Assembly: GCA_963699755.1 (NCBI GenBank)
Contig: CAVOVB010000002.1
Span: forward strand, 1 to 64,000
DNA: 64,000 nt
Direction of reading: 5' to 3'
DNA from: an uncultured delta proteobacterium
Lineage (GTDB): Bacteria > Myxococcota_A > Polyangia > Polyangiales > Houyiibacteriaceae
The position numbers and the translations under genes are program-made. The notes below the pieces were generated by a model that was not told the origin of the DNA, did not search any database, and saw only the letters and a list, made by a program, of their open reading frames with translations. Below are positions 47,723 through 58,441 of this stretch, piece by piece. Every line of letters begins with the position of its first letter. The stretch's first letter is position 1.

Positions 47723-50095
47723 ATGAAGAAGGCAATGAGAATGAAGACGACGACTCTTCTTTTGACCTCGCTGGCGATGTCAATGGCGAGCCTGAGCGCC
47801 GCGCAAGCAACGGCCCAGGATGCACAGGTCGACCGCACCGAGCTCCCCGTCAAGGGTCCGTGGTACCCGCCTATCACGACGCTCGATGCGCGCGACGCCA
47901 AGGCACCCCCCGTCTTCGAAGTGAAGCCACCCAAGGGCGCGCCGAACGTGGTCGTCATCCTGCTCGACGATCTCGGGTTTGGTGGCACGAGCGCGTTTGG
48001 CGGCGTGATTGAAACGCCCCACATCGACAAGCTCGCCAGTCAGGGTCTGATGTACAACCAGTTTCACACGACGGCGCTGTGTTCGCCGACCCGGCAGGCG
48101 CTCAAGACGGGTCGCAACCATCACTCGGCAAACCAAGCGAAGATCACGGAAGTCGCGACCTCCTTCCCCGGCGCGACGGGGATGTTGCCGAACGACGTTG
48201 CGAGCATCGGAGAAATCTTGCGGCTCAACGGCTACAGCACGGGCGCCTTTGGCAAATGGCACGAGACGGCGGTGTGGGAGATCAGCCCGTCTGGGCCGTT
48301 CGCCCGCTGGCCGAACTTACAGGGCTTCGACGAGTTTTACGGGTTCCTCGGCGGCGAAACCAACCAGTGGGCACCGGCCGTGTACCACAACCTCAATCGC
48401 GTAGAGACCCCCGACGACCCCGACTACCACTTCATGAACGACATGGCGACACAGGCGATCAACTGGATTCGCTTCCAGCAATCGCTCACGCCGGAAAAGC
48501 CCTTCTTCGTCTACTTCGCCCCTGGTGCCGTGCACGCGCCGCACCACGTGCCGAAGTCGTACATCGAAAAGCAAAAAGGTCGCTTCGATGAGGGTTGGGA
48601 TGTGATCCGCAAGCGGATCTTCGAACGGCAACGGAAGCTCGGCATCATCCCGCGGGACACCAAGCTCGCAAAGAAGCCAGAAGACATCAAGGACTGGAAG
48701 CGCCTCTCGAAGAACGAAAAGAAGCTCTTCGCGCGCCAGGCTGAGGTCTTCGCCGCGTACTTGGAGATGACCGACCACGAGACGGGTCGCGTGATCCAGG
48801 CGATCGAGGACCTGGGCGAGCTCGACAACACACTCATCATCTACATCGCAGGCGACAACGGGACGAGCGCCGAAGGTGGGATGACTGGGCTCTACAACGA
48901 GCTGACCTACTTTAACGACGAACCCAAGGGGTCGGACGTCGACTTCATGCTGAGGCACTACGACAACTGGGGTGACCCCACGACCTATCCGCACATGGCC
49001 GCCGGCTGGGCAGTCGCCTTCGACTCACCCTTCACTTGGATGAAGCAGGTGGCCTCCAATTACGGCGGCACCCGCAACGCGATGATCACTCACTGGCCGG
49101 CTCGCATCAAAGGTAAGGGCGAGCTGCGCTCGCAATGGCATCACGTCATCGACGTCGTCCCGACCATTCTCGAGGCCGCGGGGCTGCCCGAGCCACGGAT
49201 CGTCAACGGTACGCCGCAGCGACCGATCGAGGGTGTGAGCATGGTCTACAGCTGGGACGAGGCACGCGCGCCCAGCCGCCACCAGATCCAGTACTTCGAG
49301 ATGTTCGGCAACCGCGGTGTTTACTTCGACGGCTGGTTCGCCGGGACCGTGCACGTCACGCCCTGGGGCAAAGTGGAGAACCGCTTCCCCGAGGACAAGT
49401 GGGAGCTCTACCACGTGGAGAAAGACTTCAGCATGTCCAGGGACCTCGCGAAGAAGCATCCGGACATCCTTACCCAGCTACAGCGGGTTTTTCTGGCTGA
49501 GGCAGTCAAGTACAAGGTGTTGCCCCTCGACGACCGGCGCCAAGAGCTGTTCAATCCTAAGCTTGCCGGTCGGCCGGACCTGATGTTCGGACGCAAGAGC
49601 CTGACCCTCTACGAAGGGATGAACGGCCTGCTCGAGAACGACTTCATCAACGTCAAAGGTACATCGTTCGAAATCGTCGCCGAGCTCGAAACCGGTGATC
49701 AGGCCGTCGACGGTGTGATCGTGGCCCAAGGAGGTCGGTTCGGCGGCTGGAGCCTGTATCTCAAGGAAGGCAAACCGATCTTCATGTACAACTACCTCGG
49801 CATCGATCGATACACCGCCACCGCAAGTGCGACGCTGCCGAAGGGGAAGTCCACGGTGAAGATGGACTTTGCCTACGATGGTGGCAAACCGGGCGCCGGC
49901 GGCACCGCGACCCTCTACGTCAACGGCAAGTCCGTCGGGTCCACGAAGGTCGAGCAGACAGAGTTCGCGGTGTTCTCCGCTGATGAAACGGCCGGCGTGG
50001 GAGTCGATGCGGAAACACCGGTGTCCGACGATTACGACCGGGCCAGCAGCGACTTCACTGGCAAGATCCACAAGGTGACCATCACCCTGAAGTGA
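47723..50095 (+). CDS. Secreted Cys-type (formylglycine) arylsulfatase
   Basis: PNVVVILLDDLG, LCSPTRQALKTG, GKWH, GDNG. Confidence 0.93.
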   Translation: MKKAMRMKTTTLLLTSLAMSMASLSAAQATAQDAQVDRTELPVKGPWYPPITTLDARDAKAPPVFEVKPPKGAPNVVVILLDDLGFGGTSAFGGVIETPHIDKLASQGLMYNQFHTTALCSPTRQALKTGRNHHSANQAKITEVATSFPGATGMLPNDVASIGEILRLNGYSTGAFGKWHETAVWEISPSGPFARWPNLQGFDEFYGFLGGETNQWAPAVYHNLNRVETPDDPDYHFMNDMATQAINWIRFQQSLTPEKPFFVYFAPGAVHAPHHVPKSYIEKQKGRFDEGWDVIRKRIFERQRKLGIIPRDTKLAKKPEDIKDWKRLSKNEKKLFARQAEVFAAYLEMTDHETGRVIQAIEDLGELDNTLIIYIAGDNGTSAEGGMTGLYNELTYFNDEPKGSDVDFMLRHYDNWGDPTTYPHMAAGWAVAFDSPFTWMKQVASNYGGTRNAMITHWPARIKGKGELRSQWHHVIDVVPTILEAAGLPEPRIVNGTPQRPIEGVSMVYSWDEARAPSRHQIQYFEMFGNRGVYFDGWFAGTVHVTPWGKVENRFPEDKWELYHVEKDFSMSRDLAKKHPDILTQLQRVFLAEAVKYKVLPLDDRRQELFNPKLAGRPDLMFGRKSLTLYEGMNGLLENDFINVKGTSFEIVAELETGDQAVDGVIVAQGGRFGGWSLYLKEGKPIFMYNYLGIDRYTATASATLPKGKSTVKMDFAYDGGKPGAGGTATLYVNGKSVGSTKVEQTEFAVFSADETAGVGVDAETPVSDDYDRASSDFTGKIHKVTITLK

Positions 50096-50159
50096 GGAGA
50101 AAGACCCCCGACGACGTCTACATCGGGAGAGATTCCAACGACGCAATGAGGAATAGACG

Positions 50160-51707
50160 ATGCCCGATGATACCAATAGCCCCCTCGCCTCCAGGCCAGC
50201 GCTTCACGCGCCCCGCGCCGGTGAGCGATACGATGTCTTGGTCCTAGGTGCCGGCTGGGGCGGGCTCGCCGCCGCCTCGATACTCGCGAAAGCGGGGCGC
50301 CGGGTTGCGGTGCTCGAAGCGCGCGATCGCGCAGGTGGTTGCGGCCAATCCTTCAGCCTCGAGGACTTCTCGTTCTGCGCCGAAATGCAGTACCTGATGG
50401 GCTGCGGACCGGGCGGGACGGTCCAGCGGTGGCTGCAATCGCTCGGGCTCGACTCGGTGGTGACGTTCAATGCGCTTGATCGCGAGGGCTACGATCGCAT
50501 CGACCTCCCCGACTCCCAGTTCCGAATTCCGAACGACCTGCACCGGTTCGAGGCGGATCTCGTCGAGGCGTTTCCCGCGGATCGCGAGGCGATTGCCGAG
50601 CTGTTCGCCATCCTGTGGCGCATCGAAAAGGAAATTGGCCCGAGCGGCATCGACCTGAAGCAGTTCGAGCGGAAGCCGTTCCAGTTCAAGGACACGGTGC
50701 TATACGGTCCTTGGCCGGTGGATCGCTTGTTCGATCATCTGGGCCTGTCGCGGCGCGCGCGCGCGGTGATTGCCGGCCAATGCGGAGATATCGGCTTGGC
50801 GCCACGCGAGGAGCCGTTGCTCTGCTTACAAGCGCTCCTATTCGGCTACGGCGAGTCGGCGCACTTTCCCAAGCGCGGCATGGGCTTCTTCGTCGACCGC
50901 GTGGTCGAGTACATCACGACCCACGGAGGCACGATCGCCTACGACACCCCCGTGACCCGGCTGGTACGCGATGGCGATCGCATCGGCTGGGTCGAAACGC
51001 CGCGTGGGCTGTTCAGCGCAGACCTAGTCGTGTCCAACATCGATCCGGCACGAACGTTCCGCCTCATCGATGGGGCCTCGGTTCCGCGCTACCAGCAATC
51101 GGCGTCGTGCTTCACGATCTTCCTCGGCCTCGACATCGATCTCGCCACCCGCGGCTTCGGCCGTTTCAACGTATGGAGCTACCCGGAGGAGGACCTCGAC
51201 GCCGCGATCGAACGCACCACCCTCGGGCATCGCTACGACGATCCATTCTTCTTCCTCTCGACACCGTCCCTCTACGCCGACCCGGGAGCTCTCGCGCCGC
51301 TAGGAAGCACCACCGTGCAGATCAACGTCGCAAGCGACTTCGATTGGTTCGCGACGGCCGCCCAAGAGGGGCGTCACGAGCGACAGAAGTCGCGGATTGC
51401 CGAGGAGATTGTGGCCGCCGTCGAACGGCGCCTCCTGCCCGGTCTGCGCGAACACCGAGTCGTGCAAGAGGCATGGAGCCCGATTGACCTCTCTGCGCGT
51501 GTGGGTTTGGAGCGCGGTGGCATGTACGGGGCGCGCCTCGACCTCACGAACCGCCTCCTCCGCCACGTTTCGCAACGTACGCCATTCGAGAACCTGAGCC
51601 TCACGGGCGCGACCGCCGGCGGACCTGGACTTCAAGGCGTGGTGAGATCCAGCCTACGGCTCTGCGAACGACTTCTCGATGAGCCCAGTCCCCTCCCCAC
51701 TCGCTGA
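50160..51707 (+). CDS. Phytoene desaturase/retinol saturase-like FAD oxidoreductase
   Basis: GAGWGG..LEARDRAGG; TPFENLSLTG..GPGLQGV. Confidence 0.85.
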   Translation: MPDDTNSPLASRPALHAPRAGERYDVLVLGAGWGGLAAASILAKAGRRVAVLEARDRAGGCGQSFSLEDFSFCAEMQYLMGCGPGGTVQRWLQSLGLDSVVTFNALDREGYDRIDLPDSQFRIPNDLHRFEADLVEAFPADREAIAELFAILWRIEKEIGPSGIDLKQFERKPFQFKDTVLYGPWPVDRLFDHLGLSRRARAVIAGQCGDIGLAPREEPLLCLQALLFGYGESAHFPKRGMGFFVDRVVEYITTHGGTIAYDTPVTRLVRDGDRIGWVETPRGLFSADLVVSNIDPARTFRLIDGASVPRYQQSASCFTIFLGLDIDLATRGFGRFNVWSYPEEDLDAAIERTTLGHRYDDPFFFLSTPSLYADPGALAPLGSTTVQINVASDFDWFATAAQEGRHERQKSRIAEEIVAAVERRLLPGLREHRVVQEAWSPIDLSARVGLERGGMYGARLDLTNRLLRHVSQRTPFENLSLTGATAGGPGLQGVVRSSLRLCERLLDEPSPLPTR

Positions 51708-51933
51708 TCGGATTTCAGTCACCTGGGGGCGGCTCAGATGAGGAACAAGCTGATCTGGCTCGGAACTCCCGGCATCCCTCGGCCGGGCAAGTTTGGCTTC
51801 TCGGCTCGAGCTAGGCCTGATCTTCATCGGATCTTCTCAGCGGAGCCCTTGTGGACGACTGCCACCGCCACTAGTGTTCGCTACTCGCCTCGCCTATGCT
51901 GAGCCACGAGGTCGCCATTGATTGAGAGACATC

Positions 51934-53214
51934 GTGACGGACACTGACCGGGATTCCGACGTTGCAAGTGTCTTGATCTCCAGTCCGTCGGCGGATGGAC
52001 GCAAGAGGAAGCGCTTGTATCTTTGGGTCGCGCTGGCGGTGATCATAGTCACCGGCGTGGGTATTTGGGCCGCACCGGTTCGTCCCGATCGAAAGCAGAT
52101 CAGAACGCAAGAGGTCGAGCGCGGCAGCCTGGTCGTGACGGTTACGGCGACTGGAAATCTCGAGCCAACCAATCAGGTCGAGGTCGGAGTGGAGGTTTCC
52201 GGCACCATCGCGACCGTGGAGGTCGATTACAACGATCGTGTAGCGCGCGCGCAAGTCCTGGCGAGACTCGATCCCACGAAATTCAAGGCACAGGCGGTAA
52301 GGTCGCGTGCGGCGCTTCAGTCGGCCAAAGCTAGGATTCTGCAGGCACAGGCTACCGTGGACGAAAGCCGCGCGCAGCTCGGCAGACTCACCCGGCTCAG
52401 GGAGGCCAGCAAAGGGACCGACCCTTCACAACTCGACATCGATGCAGCGGATGCCGCGCTCAAACGTGCTCTCGCCGATCGGGCAAGCGCGAAGGCCGAC
52501 GTTGCCGAAGCAAACGCAAACCTCGAATCGAGCGAGATCGACCTCGCCAAGACCGTGATTCATTCGCCCATCGACGGACTGGTCCTGGTGCGGGCCGTGG
52601 AGCCCGGACAGACGGTGGCCGCTTCTCTTCAGACACCAGTGCTATTCGTGCTCGCCGAGGATCTGACCAAGATGGAGCTTCATGTGAGCGTGGACGAAGC
52701 AGACGTGGGTCGAGTGCGGTCCGGGCAGAAGGCGACCTTCATGGTCGACGCCTATCCAGACCGCACCTTCTCCGCGGAGATCACCGACATTCACTTTGGT
52801 GCGCAAGAGGTCGAGGGTGTCATCACCTACGAAGCGGTGTTGAACGTCGACAACGAAGACTTGTCACTGCGGCCGGGCATGACCGCGACCGCGACGATCG
52901 TCGTGGAAGAGGTGAGAGATGCAGTGCTGATCCCCAATGCCGCGCTACGCTTCAGTCCATCTTTTCGGGACGATGCTGGGTCCAGTGGCGGCGGTCTCCT
53001 CGGTCGGCTGTTTCCTCGTCCGATTCGTTCCCGACCGAAGAACCGTCACGAGCAAGGCACTGAGAAGAGGCAACAACGGGTTTGGATCGCACGGGATGGC
53101 GAACCTGCCGCCGTGCCGATCACTACCGGAGCCACCGACGGAATCATGACCGAGTTGTTGCAAGGGGACTTGGAGCCCGGGACGCCCCTGATCGTCGAGA
53201 TGACCGTGGAATGA
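51934..53214 (+). CDS. MacA-like periplasmic adaptor
   Basis: TATGNLEP..VEVG, SPIDGLV, GQTVAASLQTP, LRPGMTA. Confidence 0.9.
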   Translation: MTDTDRDSDVASVLISSPSADGRKRKRLYLWVALAVIIVTGVGIWAAPVRPDRKQIRTQEVERGSLVVTVTATGNLEPTNQVEVGVEVSGTIATVEVDYNDRVARAQVLARLDPTKFKAQAVRSRAALQSAKARILQAQATVDESRAQLGRLTRLREASKGTDPSQLDIDAADAALKRALADRASAKADVAEANANLESSEIDLAKTVIHSPIDGLVLVRAVEPGQTVAASLQTPVLFVLAEDLTKMELHVSVDEADVGRVRSGQKATFMVDAYPDRTFSAEITDIHFGAQEVEGVITYEAVLNVDNEDLSLRPGMTATATIVVEEVRDAVLIPNAALRFSPSFRDDAGSSGGGLLGRLFPRPIRSRPKNRHEQGTEKRQQRVWIARDGEPAAVPITTGATDGIMTELLQGDLEPGTPLIVEMTVE

Positions 53215-53221
53215 CTTCGTC

Positions 53222-53941
53222 GTGCCCGTGCAGGAACATAATCAGCCACCGCTCATTCAACTCGAGGGTGTCACCAAAGTGTATGGGACCGGCGATGCAA
53301 CCACGTACGCGCTGCGTGGCATCGACGTCCGAATCGATCCGGGGGAGTTCGTTGCGGTCATGGGTTCGAGCGGCTCGGGAAAGTCCACGTGCCTCAACAT
53401 TCTCGGCTGTCTGGATACCCCCACAGAGGGGTCGTATCTTTTTCGCGGAGTCGAGGTCGGCAAGCTGGGTCGCAACCAGCGTGCGCTCTTGCGCCGCCGC
53501 TACTTTGGTTTCGTGTTTCAGGGCTACAATCTCTTGAGCCGGACTTCTGCGCTCGAAAATGTCGAGCTTCCGCTGGTCTACCGCGGCGTTGCCCGGGCCG
53601 AGCGTCGAAGGCTGGCGGGGAAAGCGTTGGCCGCAGTCGGCCTCGAAGGGCGGGAAACGCACAGCCCCTCGGAGCTCTCGGGAGGACAACAACAGCGTGT
53701 TGCGATCGCCCGAGCGCTGGTCACCGAACCCGATGTGCTGCTTGCCGACGAGCCGACGGGGAACCTCGATACGGCTCGAAGCCTGGAGATCATGGATCTC
53801 ATGACCGCGCTCAACCGTGACCGAGGTATCACCGTCGTCATCGTCACCCATGAAAGCGCGATGGCGGCTTACGCAGACCGGATCATCAATTTCGTCGACG
53901 GCGGGGTGGAGTCGGTCGTGCATCATGGCGAGGTAGCCTGA
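53222..53941 (+). CDS. MacB/LolD-type ABC ATPase
   Basis: [26 protein letters not shown]. Confidence 0.95.
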   Translation: MPVQEHNQPPLIQLEGVTKVYGTGDATTYALRGIDVRIDPGEFVAVMGSSGSGKSTCLNILGCLDTPTEGSYLFRGVEVGKLGRNQRALLRRRYFGFVFQGYNLLSRTSALENVELPLVYRGVARAERRRLAGKALAAVGLEGRETHSPSELSGGQQQRVAIARALVTEPDVLLADEPTGNLDTARSLEIMDLMTALNRDRGITVVIVTHESAMAAYADRIINFVDGGVESVVHHGEVA

Positions 53942-55146
53942 TGGTGTACAATGCGTTTCGCCTCGCGCTGCACGAGATTCGGCGCAACGTGATGCGTTCG
54001 TTGCTGACCATCTTGGGTGTCGTGATCGGGGTCGCGGCAGTCATCACCATGGTGACAATTGGCGGAGGCGCAACAGTTCAGGTCACCGAACAAATCGCGA
54101 GCCTGGGCACCAACCTGCTGATCGTCACGCCCGGCCAACGAATGGGCATGGGCCAGCGAGCGGCCGCTCCGCCTTTCCAGATGGACGATGTAGAGGCGAT
54201 CGGCAGAGAGATCGGCACGGTAGCCGACATCGCCCCCATCTCGTCCCAACCCGTGACGGCAGTGTTCGGCAACGCGAACTGGAGCACGACGGTCATGGGG
54301 ACCGACAATCGATACTTGAGGGTCGGTAACTGGGCCCTCGAAGCCGGTCGGGAGTTCACCGAAAGCGAGCTTCGCGCTGGCAGCGCAGTCTGCATCTTGG
54401 GGGCCACCGTGCGGCGGGAGCTCTTCGGCAATCAGGATCCTCTGGGCAGCAAGATTCGTCTCGGCAAGCTCGCCTGTCTGGTGATAGGAACGCTGCTCAG
54501 CAAGGGTCAGTCTACGATTGGGAGGGATCGCGATGATGCCGTGCTCATCCCCTTGCGAACCGTTCAAAGGAGGCTCGCCGGAAATCAAGATGTTGGTCTC
54601 ATCCAGGTATCCATTGCAAAAGGGGCCTCAACGGAAAGGGCGCAGGAAGACATCAGCGAGCTGATGCGCAGGCGCCGTCACATCTCGGCATCGGAGGACG
54701 ACGACTTCACCGTCATGGACCTCAAGGAAATCACCAAGATGCTCGCGGGGACGACGCAGGTGCTCACCGCGCTCTTGGGAGCCGTGGCGGCGGTGAGTCT
54801 CCTCGTCGGAGGGATCGGGATCATGAACATCATGCTCGTGTCCGTCACGGAGCGCACCCGAGAAATCGGCATCCGGCTTGCGGTTGGGGCCCTCGAGCGC
54901 GAGGTGCTGACGCAGTTCTTGGTCGAGGCTGTCGTCCTTTCATCTTTTGGCGGTGGCGTTGGGGTGGTCCTGGCGCTCATCGCGTCGGTCATCGCAGCGA
55001 AAGCTTTGAGGGTGCCTTTTGTGTTCAACCCTGGGATCGTGATCGTGGGTTTCCTTTTCTCCGTCGGAGTCGGCATCGTGTTTGGATACTTTCCCGCTCG
55101 AAAGGCGGCCCGGATGGACCCGATCGAGGCACTGCGCCACGAGTGA
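53941..55146 (+). CDS. MacB/FtsX-type ABC permease
   Basis: RSLLTILGVVIG, GGIGIMNIMLVSVTERTREIG, DPIEALRHE. Confidence 0.95.
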   Translation: MVYNAFRLALHEIRRNVMRSLLTILGVVIGVAAVITMVTIGGGATVQVTEQIASLGTNLLIVTPGQRMGMGQRAAAPPFQMDDVEAIGREIGTVADIAPISSQPVTAVFGNANWSTTVMGTDNRYLRVGNWALEAGREFTESELRAGSAVCILGATVRRELFGNQDPLGSKIRLGKLACLVIGTLLSKGQSTIGRDRDDAVLIPLRTVQRRLAGNQDVGLIQVSIAKGASTERAQEDISELMRRRRHISASEDDDFTVMDLKEITKMLAGTTQVLTALLGAVAAVSLLVGGIGIMNIMLVSVTERTREIGIRLAVGALEREVLTQFLVEAVVLSSFGGGVGVVLALIASVIAAKALRVPFVFNPGIVIVGFLFSVGVGIVFGYFPARKAARMDPIEALRHE

Positions 55147-55212
55147 ACGTGGCCGCCATTCCAAGTCGCGGCAGCTTCGCATAAGCTCCTGGGTCTCTGA
55201 AGGAGTACCCAG

Positions 55213-57210
55213 ATGCATCACCTCATCGCGATTTCGATCCTGCTCGCTGTCACGGTAAGTGGCTGTGCTAGGAAGCAGGCAGCGCCGGCAGTCGGCGGGG
55301 AAGACCTGCCGCCGGACGTTGCGGGGAATACCTCTCCCAGCGCGACGACCGCCGCGCTCAATGCGGCCGCAAGGGAGAGGCTGCCGCTATCGGAGCAACA
55401 AGACTTCGAGGACGCGCGGAGGGGTTTGATTGCGAGCGATCCGAACCTTCGTATCTCCGACGGCGAGGGGAAACAGATCTGGAGCATGCCTGCGTACGGT
55501 TTCATCGAGGGCGACGCACCCGCCAGCGTGAATCCGAGCCTGTGGAGGCAAGCCAAGTTGAACGACATCCATGGGCTGTTTGAGGTGACCAAGGGGGTCT
55601 ACCAGGTTCGGGGCTACGACCTCGCCAACATGTCGCTCATCGAAGGGAAGACGGGTTGGATCGTCGTCGACCCGCTCACCGCCAAGGAGAGTGCCGCCAA
55701 GGCGATGACCTTCGTGCGGGAGCACCTTGGCATCAAGCCCGTGTCTGCCGTCATCTACACCCACAGCCACATCGACCACTTCGGCGGGGTACTGGGCGTG
55801 GTCTCCCCAGAGGAGGTCAAGGAGCGCAACGTGCCGATCATCGCGCCCCAGTTCTTTCTGGAAGAGGCGACGAGCGAGAACGTCATCGCTGGTGCAGCGA
55901 TGGCGAGGCGGTCGATGTTCATGATGGGGTCGCGCCTGCCGAAGGGCGAGCGAGGCCACGTCGACACAGGCCTCGGCAAGGGAGTCGTATACGGGTCGTT
56001 CGGGCTCATTCCCCCGAGCGCGATCGTCACCGAGACAGGGACGGAAATGACCATCGATGGCATGAGATTCATTTTTCAGAATGCGCCTGGCTCGGAGGCT
56101 CCGTCCGAGATGACGTTCTACTTGCCCGACTTGAAGACGTTTTGCGGCGCCGAAGTAGTTTCCCACACCATGCACAACCTCTACACGCTCCGCGGCGCGA
56201 AGGTCCGCGACGCCATCAAGTGGAGCGGCTATATCGACGAAGTCATCGAGTTGTTCCCAGATGTCGAAGTTTATTTCGGCAGCCACCATTGGCCGATCTG
56301 GGGCCATGACCGGATCACCGACTTCTTGGAGAAACAACGCGATCTCTACAAGTACATCAACGACCAGACGCTACGGCTCGCGCTCCATGGCAGAACGCCG
56401 CGCGAAATCGCTGAAGAGCTCGAGTTGCCCGAGTCGCTTCGCACCTCGTTCGCAAACCGGGGCTATTACGGCACGCTGAATCACAACGTGAAGGCCGTCT
56501 ATCAACGCTACTTCGGTTGGTACGACGGCAATCCTGCCAACCTCGATCGGCTTCCGCCCGCCGAGGCTGGGGCAAAGTACGTCGAGCTCGCAGGCGGTGC
56601 GACAAACCTTCTGGAGAAGGCACGGGCAGCCTATGACAAAGGCGAGTACCGATGGGTCGCGGAGGTCGTCAACCACCTCGCCTTCGCCGATCCCGACAAC
56701 CAAGAAGCGCGCGAGTTACTCGCGAGCGCCTACGACCAACTCGGATATCAAGCCGAGTCGGGGCCCTGGCGTGACGAATACCTGACCGGCGCCTTCGAGC
56801 TGCGGCACGGTGGGCCTAGTGAGGGCATAGACCCCGCTTCGTACATGGACATGATCAAATACGCGCCCCTAGAGAGCTTTCTCTCCGCCATGGCTGTTCG
56901 TCTCAATGCTCCCAAGGCCGAGGGCAAAGACATGGTCGTCAATCTCATTTTGACCGATCGTGACGAGAGCTATGTGCTGGAGCTCAAGAACTCAGTCTTG
57001 CGCTACTACAAGCGAGACCCCGATCCCGATGCGAACGTCTCACTGAAGGTGACACACGGCCTGTTCCTCAACATGCTGACGGGGAAGGCAGGCCTCAGGG
57101 ACACCTTGTTTTCCGACGACTTGGACATCGACGGAAGCCGGCTCGACCTGGTTTCCTTCTTTCGCCTGATAGACAAGACCCCGGGAACCTTCAATATCGT
57201 CACACCGTAG
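55213..57210 (+). CDS. Alkyl sulfatase (SdsA1-type MBL fold with SCP2 domain), lipoprotein
   Basis: THSHIDHFGG, HNLYTLRGAKVRD, HHWP, RGYYG; lipobox SGC. Confidence 0.92.
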   Translation: MHHLIAISILLAVTVSGCARKQAAPAVGGEDLPPDVAGNTSPSATTAALNAAARERLPLSEQQDFEDARRGLIASDPNLRISDGEGKQIWSMPAYGFIEGDAPASVNPSLWRQAKLNDIHGLFEVTKGVYQVRGYDLANMSLIEGKTGWIVVDPLTAKESAAKAMTFVREHLGIKPVSAVIYTHSHIDHFGGVLGVVSPEEVKERNVPIIAPQFFLEEATSENVIAGAAMARRSMFMMGSRLPKGERGHVDTGLGKGVVYGSFGLIPPSAIVTETGTEMTIDGMRFIFQNAPGSEAPSEMTFYLPDLKTFCGAEVVSHTMHNLYTLRGAKVRDAIKWSGYIDEVIELFPDVEVYFGSHHWPIWGHDRITDFLEKQRDLYKYINDQTLRLALHGRTPREIAEELELPESLRTSFANRGYYGTLNHNVKAVYQRYFGWYDGNPANLDRLPPAEAGAKYVELAGGATNLLEKARAAYDKGEYRWVAEVVNHLAFADPDNQEARELLASAYDQLGYQAESGPWRDEYLTGAFELRHGGPSEGIDPASYMDMIKYAPLESFLSAMAVRLNAPKAEGKDMVVNLILTDRDESYVLELKNSVLRYYKRDPDPDANVSLKVTHGLFLNMLTGKAGLRDTLFSDDLDIDGSRLDLVSFFRLIDKTPGTFNIVTP

Positions 57211-57280
57211 TGCACGCCAGCATTGTGGCGTCTCTCGCTGGCTCACGGGCACGGTCCGCCCGATTGCGGCAGTCGCCTGG

Positions 57281-58288
57281 CTAGCTCGCCATGTCCAGAA
57301 CTGCGCGGAAGCGGATCGTGTTCTCCATGACTTTGGCGAACGCTTCATTCGCGGCTTCGAGAGGGAAGCGTTCGATCTGCGGCCGCACCCCCGCAAACGC
57401 GGCGAAGCTCATCGTGTCCTCACTGTCGACCGCAGTGCCACTCGGCCAGCCGTGGATCATCTTTCCTGAGAGCATGGCAAAGGCGTTGACCGAGATCGGA
57501 TCCGGCGCTGCCGCAACGAGCATGAGCGTGCCGCGGCCGTGAAGGCCATTGAGGATGCCCTCGATGGCTTTGCCGTTTGGGGCCGTGGCCAGAATCAGAT
57601 TGGCCCCGCCGAGCTTCTGCAGCTCCGCGACCTCGTCCTCCGATTTCGAATCGATGTACTCGTGAGCGCCCAAGTCGCGCGCGAGCTGCTCTTTGTCCTT
57701 GCCGCGCGAGACGGCGACAGTGCGGAAGCCCATTCGATTCGAAAACTGAATCGCGAGATGACCGAGCCCGCCAACGCCTTGCACGGCAACGAGGTCACCC
57801 GGACGAGCGCCGCTGTTGCGCAGCGCGTTGTAGGTCGTGATCCCTGCGCAGAGGAGGGGGGCGGCTTCGGCCGGACTGAGCTCATCGGGCACCCGAGCGG
57901 CGGCCTCCCATGGACAGACCATGTACTCCTGGTAGCCGCCATCGTAGCTGATGCCGGCGATTTTCGCGCTGACGCAGTTGATGAAGTCGCCGCGCCGACA
58001 GGGGTTGCACTTGAAGCAGTGCCCGCCGTGCCAACCCACTCCAACGCGATGACCGACTGCAAAGCCGTCCACGCCTTCGCCGAGCGAGTCCACGACACCT
58101 GCCACCTCGTGCCCCGGCGCGCGTGGAAGCTCGAGACCCGGAAACTGTCCGAACTTCACGAACGCATCGCTGTGGCAGATGCCACATGCTTCGACCCTGA
58201 TACGAATCTCGCCCGGCCCAGGCTCTGGGATTTCACGCTCGTCCAGGATGAATGGCCCGCCGGCCTCTCGTACGATCATTGCCCTCAT
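57281..58288 (-). CDS. Zinc-dependent alcohol dehydrogenase
   Basis: CHSD, GHE, C..C..C.......C, GVGGLG. Confidence 0.93.
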   Translation of the reverse strand: MRAMIVREAGGPFILDEREIPEPGPGEIRIRVEACGICHSDAFVKFGQFPGLELPRAPGHEVAGVVDSLGEGVDGFAVGHRVGVGWHGGHCFKCNPCRRGDFINCVSAKIAGISYDGGYQEYMVCPWEAAARVPDELSPAEAAPLLCAGITTYNALRNSGARPGDLVAVQGVGGLGHLAIQFSNRMGFRTVAVSRGKDKEQLARDLGAHEYIDSKSEDEVAELQKLGGANLILATAPNGKAIEGILNGLHGRGTLMLVAAAPDPISVNAFAMLSGKMIHGWPSGTAVDSEDTMSFAAFAGVRPQIERFPLEAANEAFAKVMENTIRFRAVLDMAS

Positions 58289-58441
58289 GATGCCGCCTCC
58301 TGGCACTGCGTATACGACGCGGGAAACGCTTTGCAATTGGCAACGGGGACGCCCCTCGCCGACGGCAGGTTTCTTTCGTGAGCTCACGAATAGGATTCCC
58401 TTTTTCGCTGACAGCCTTACGTTTGCGTGCCGGAGCCCCAG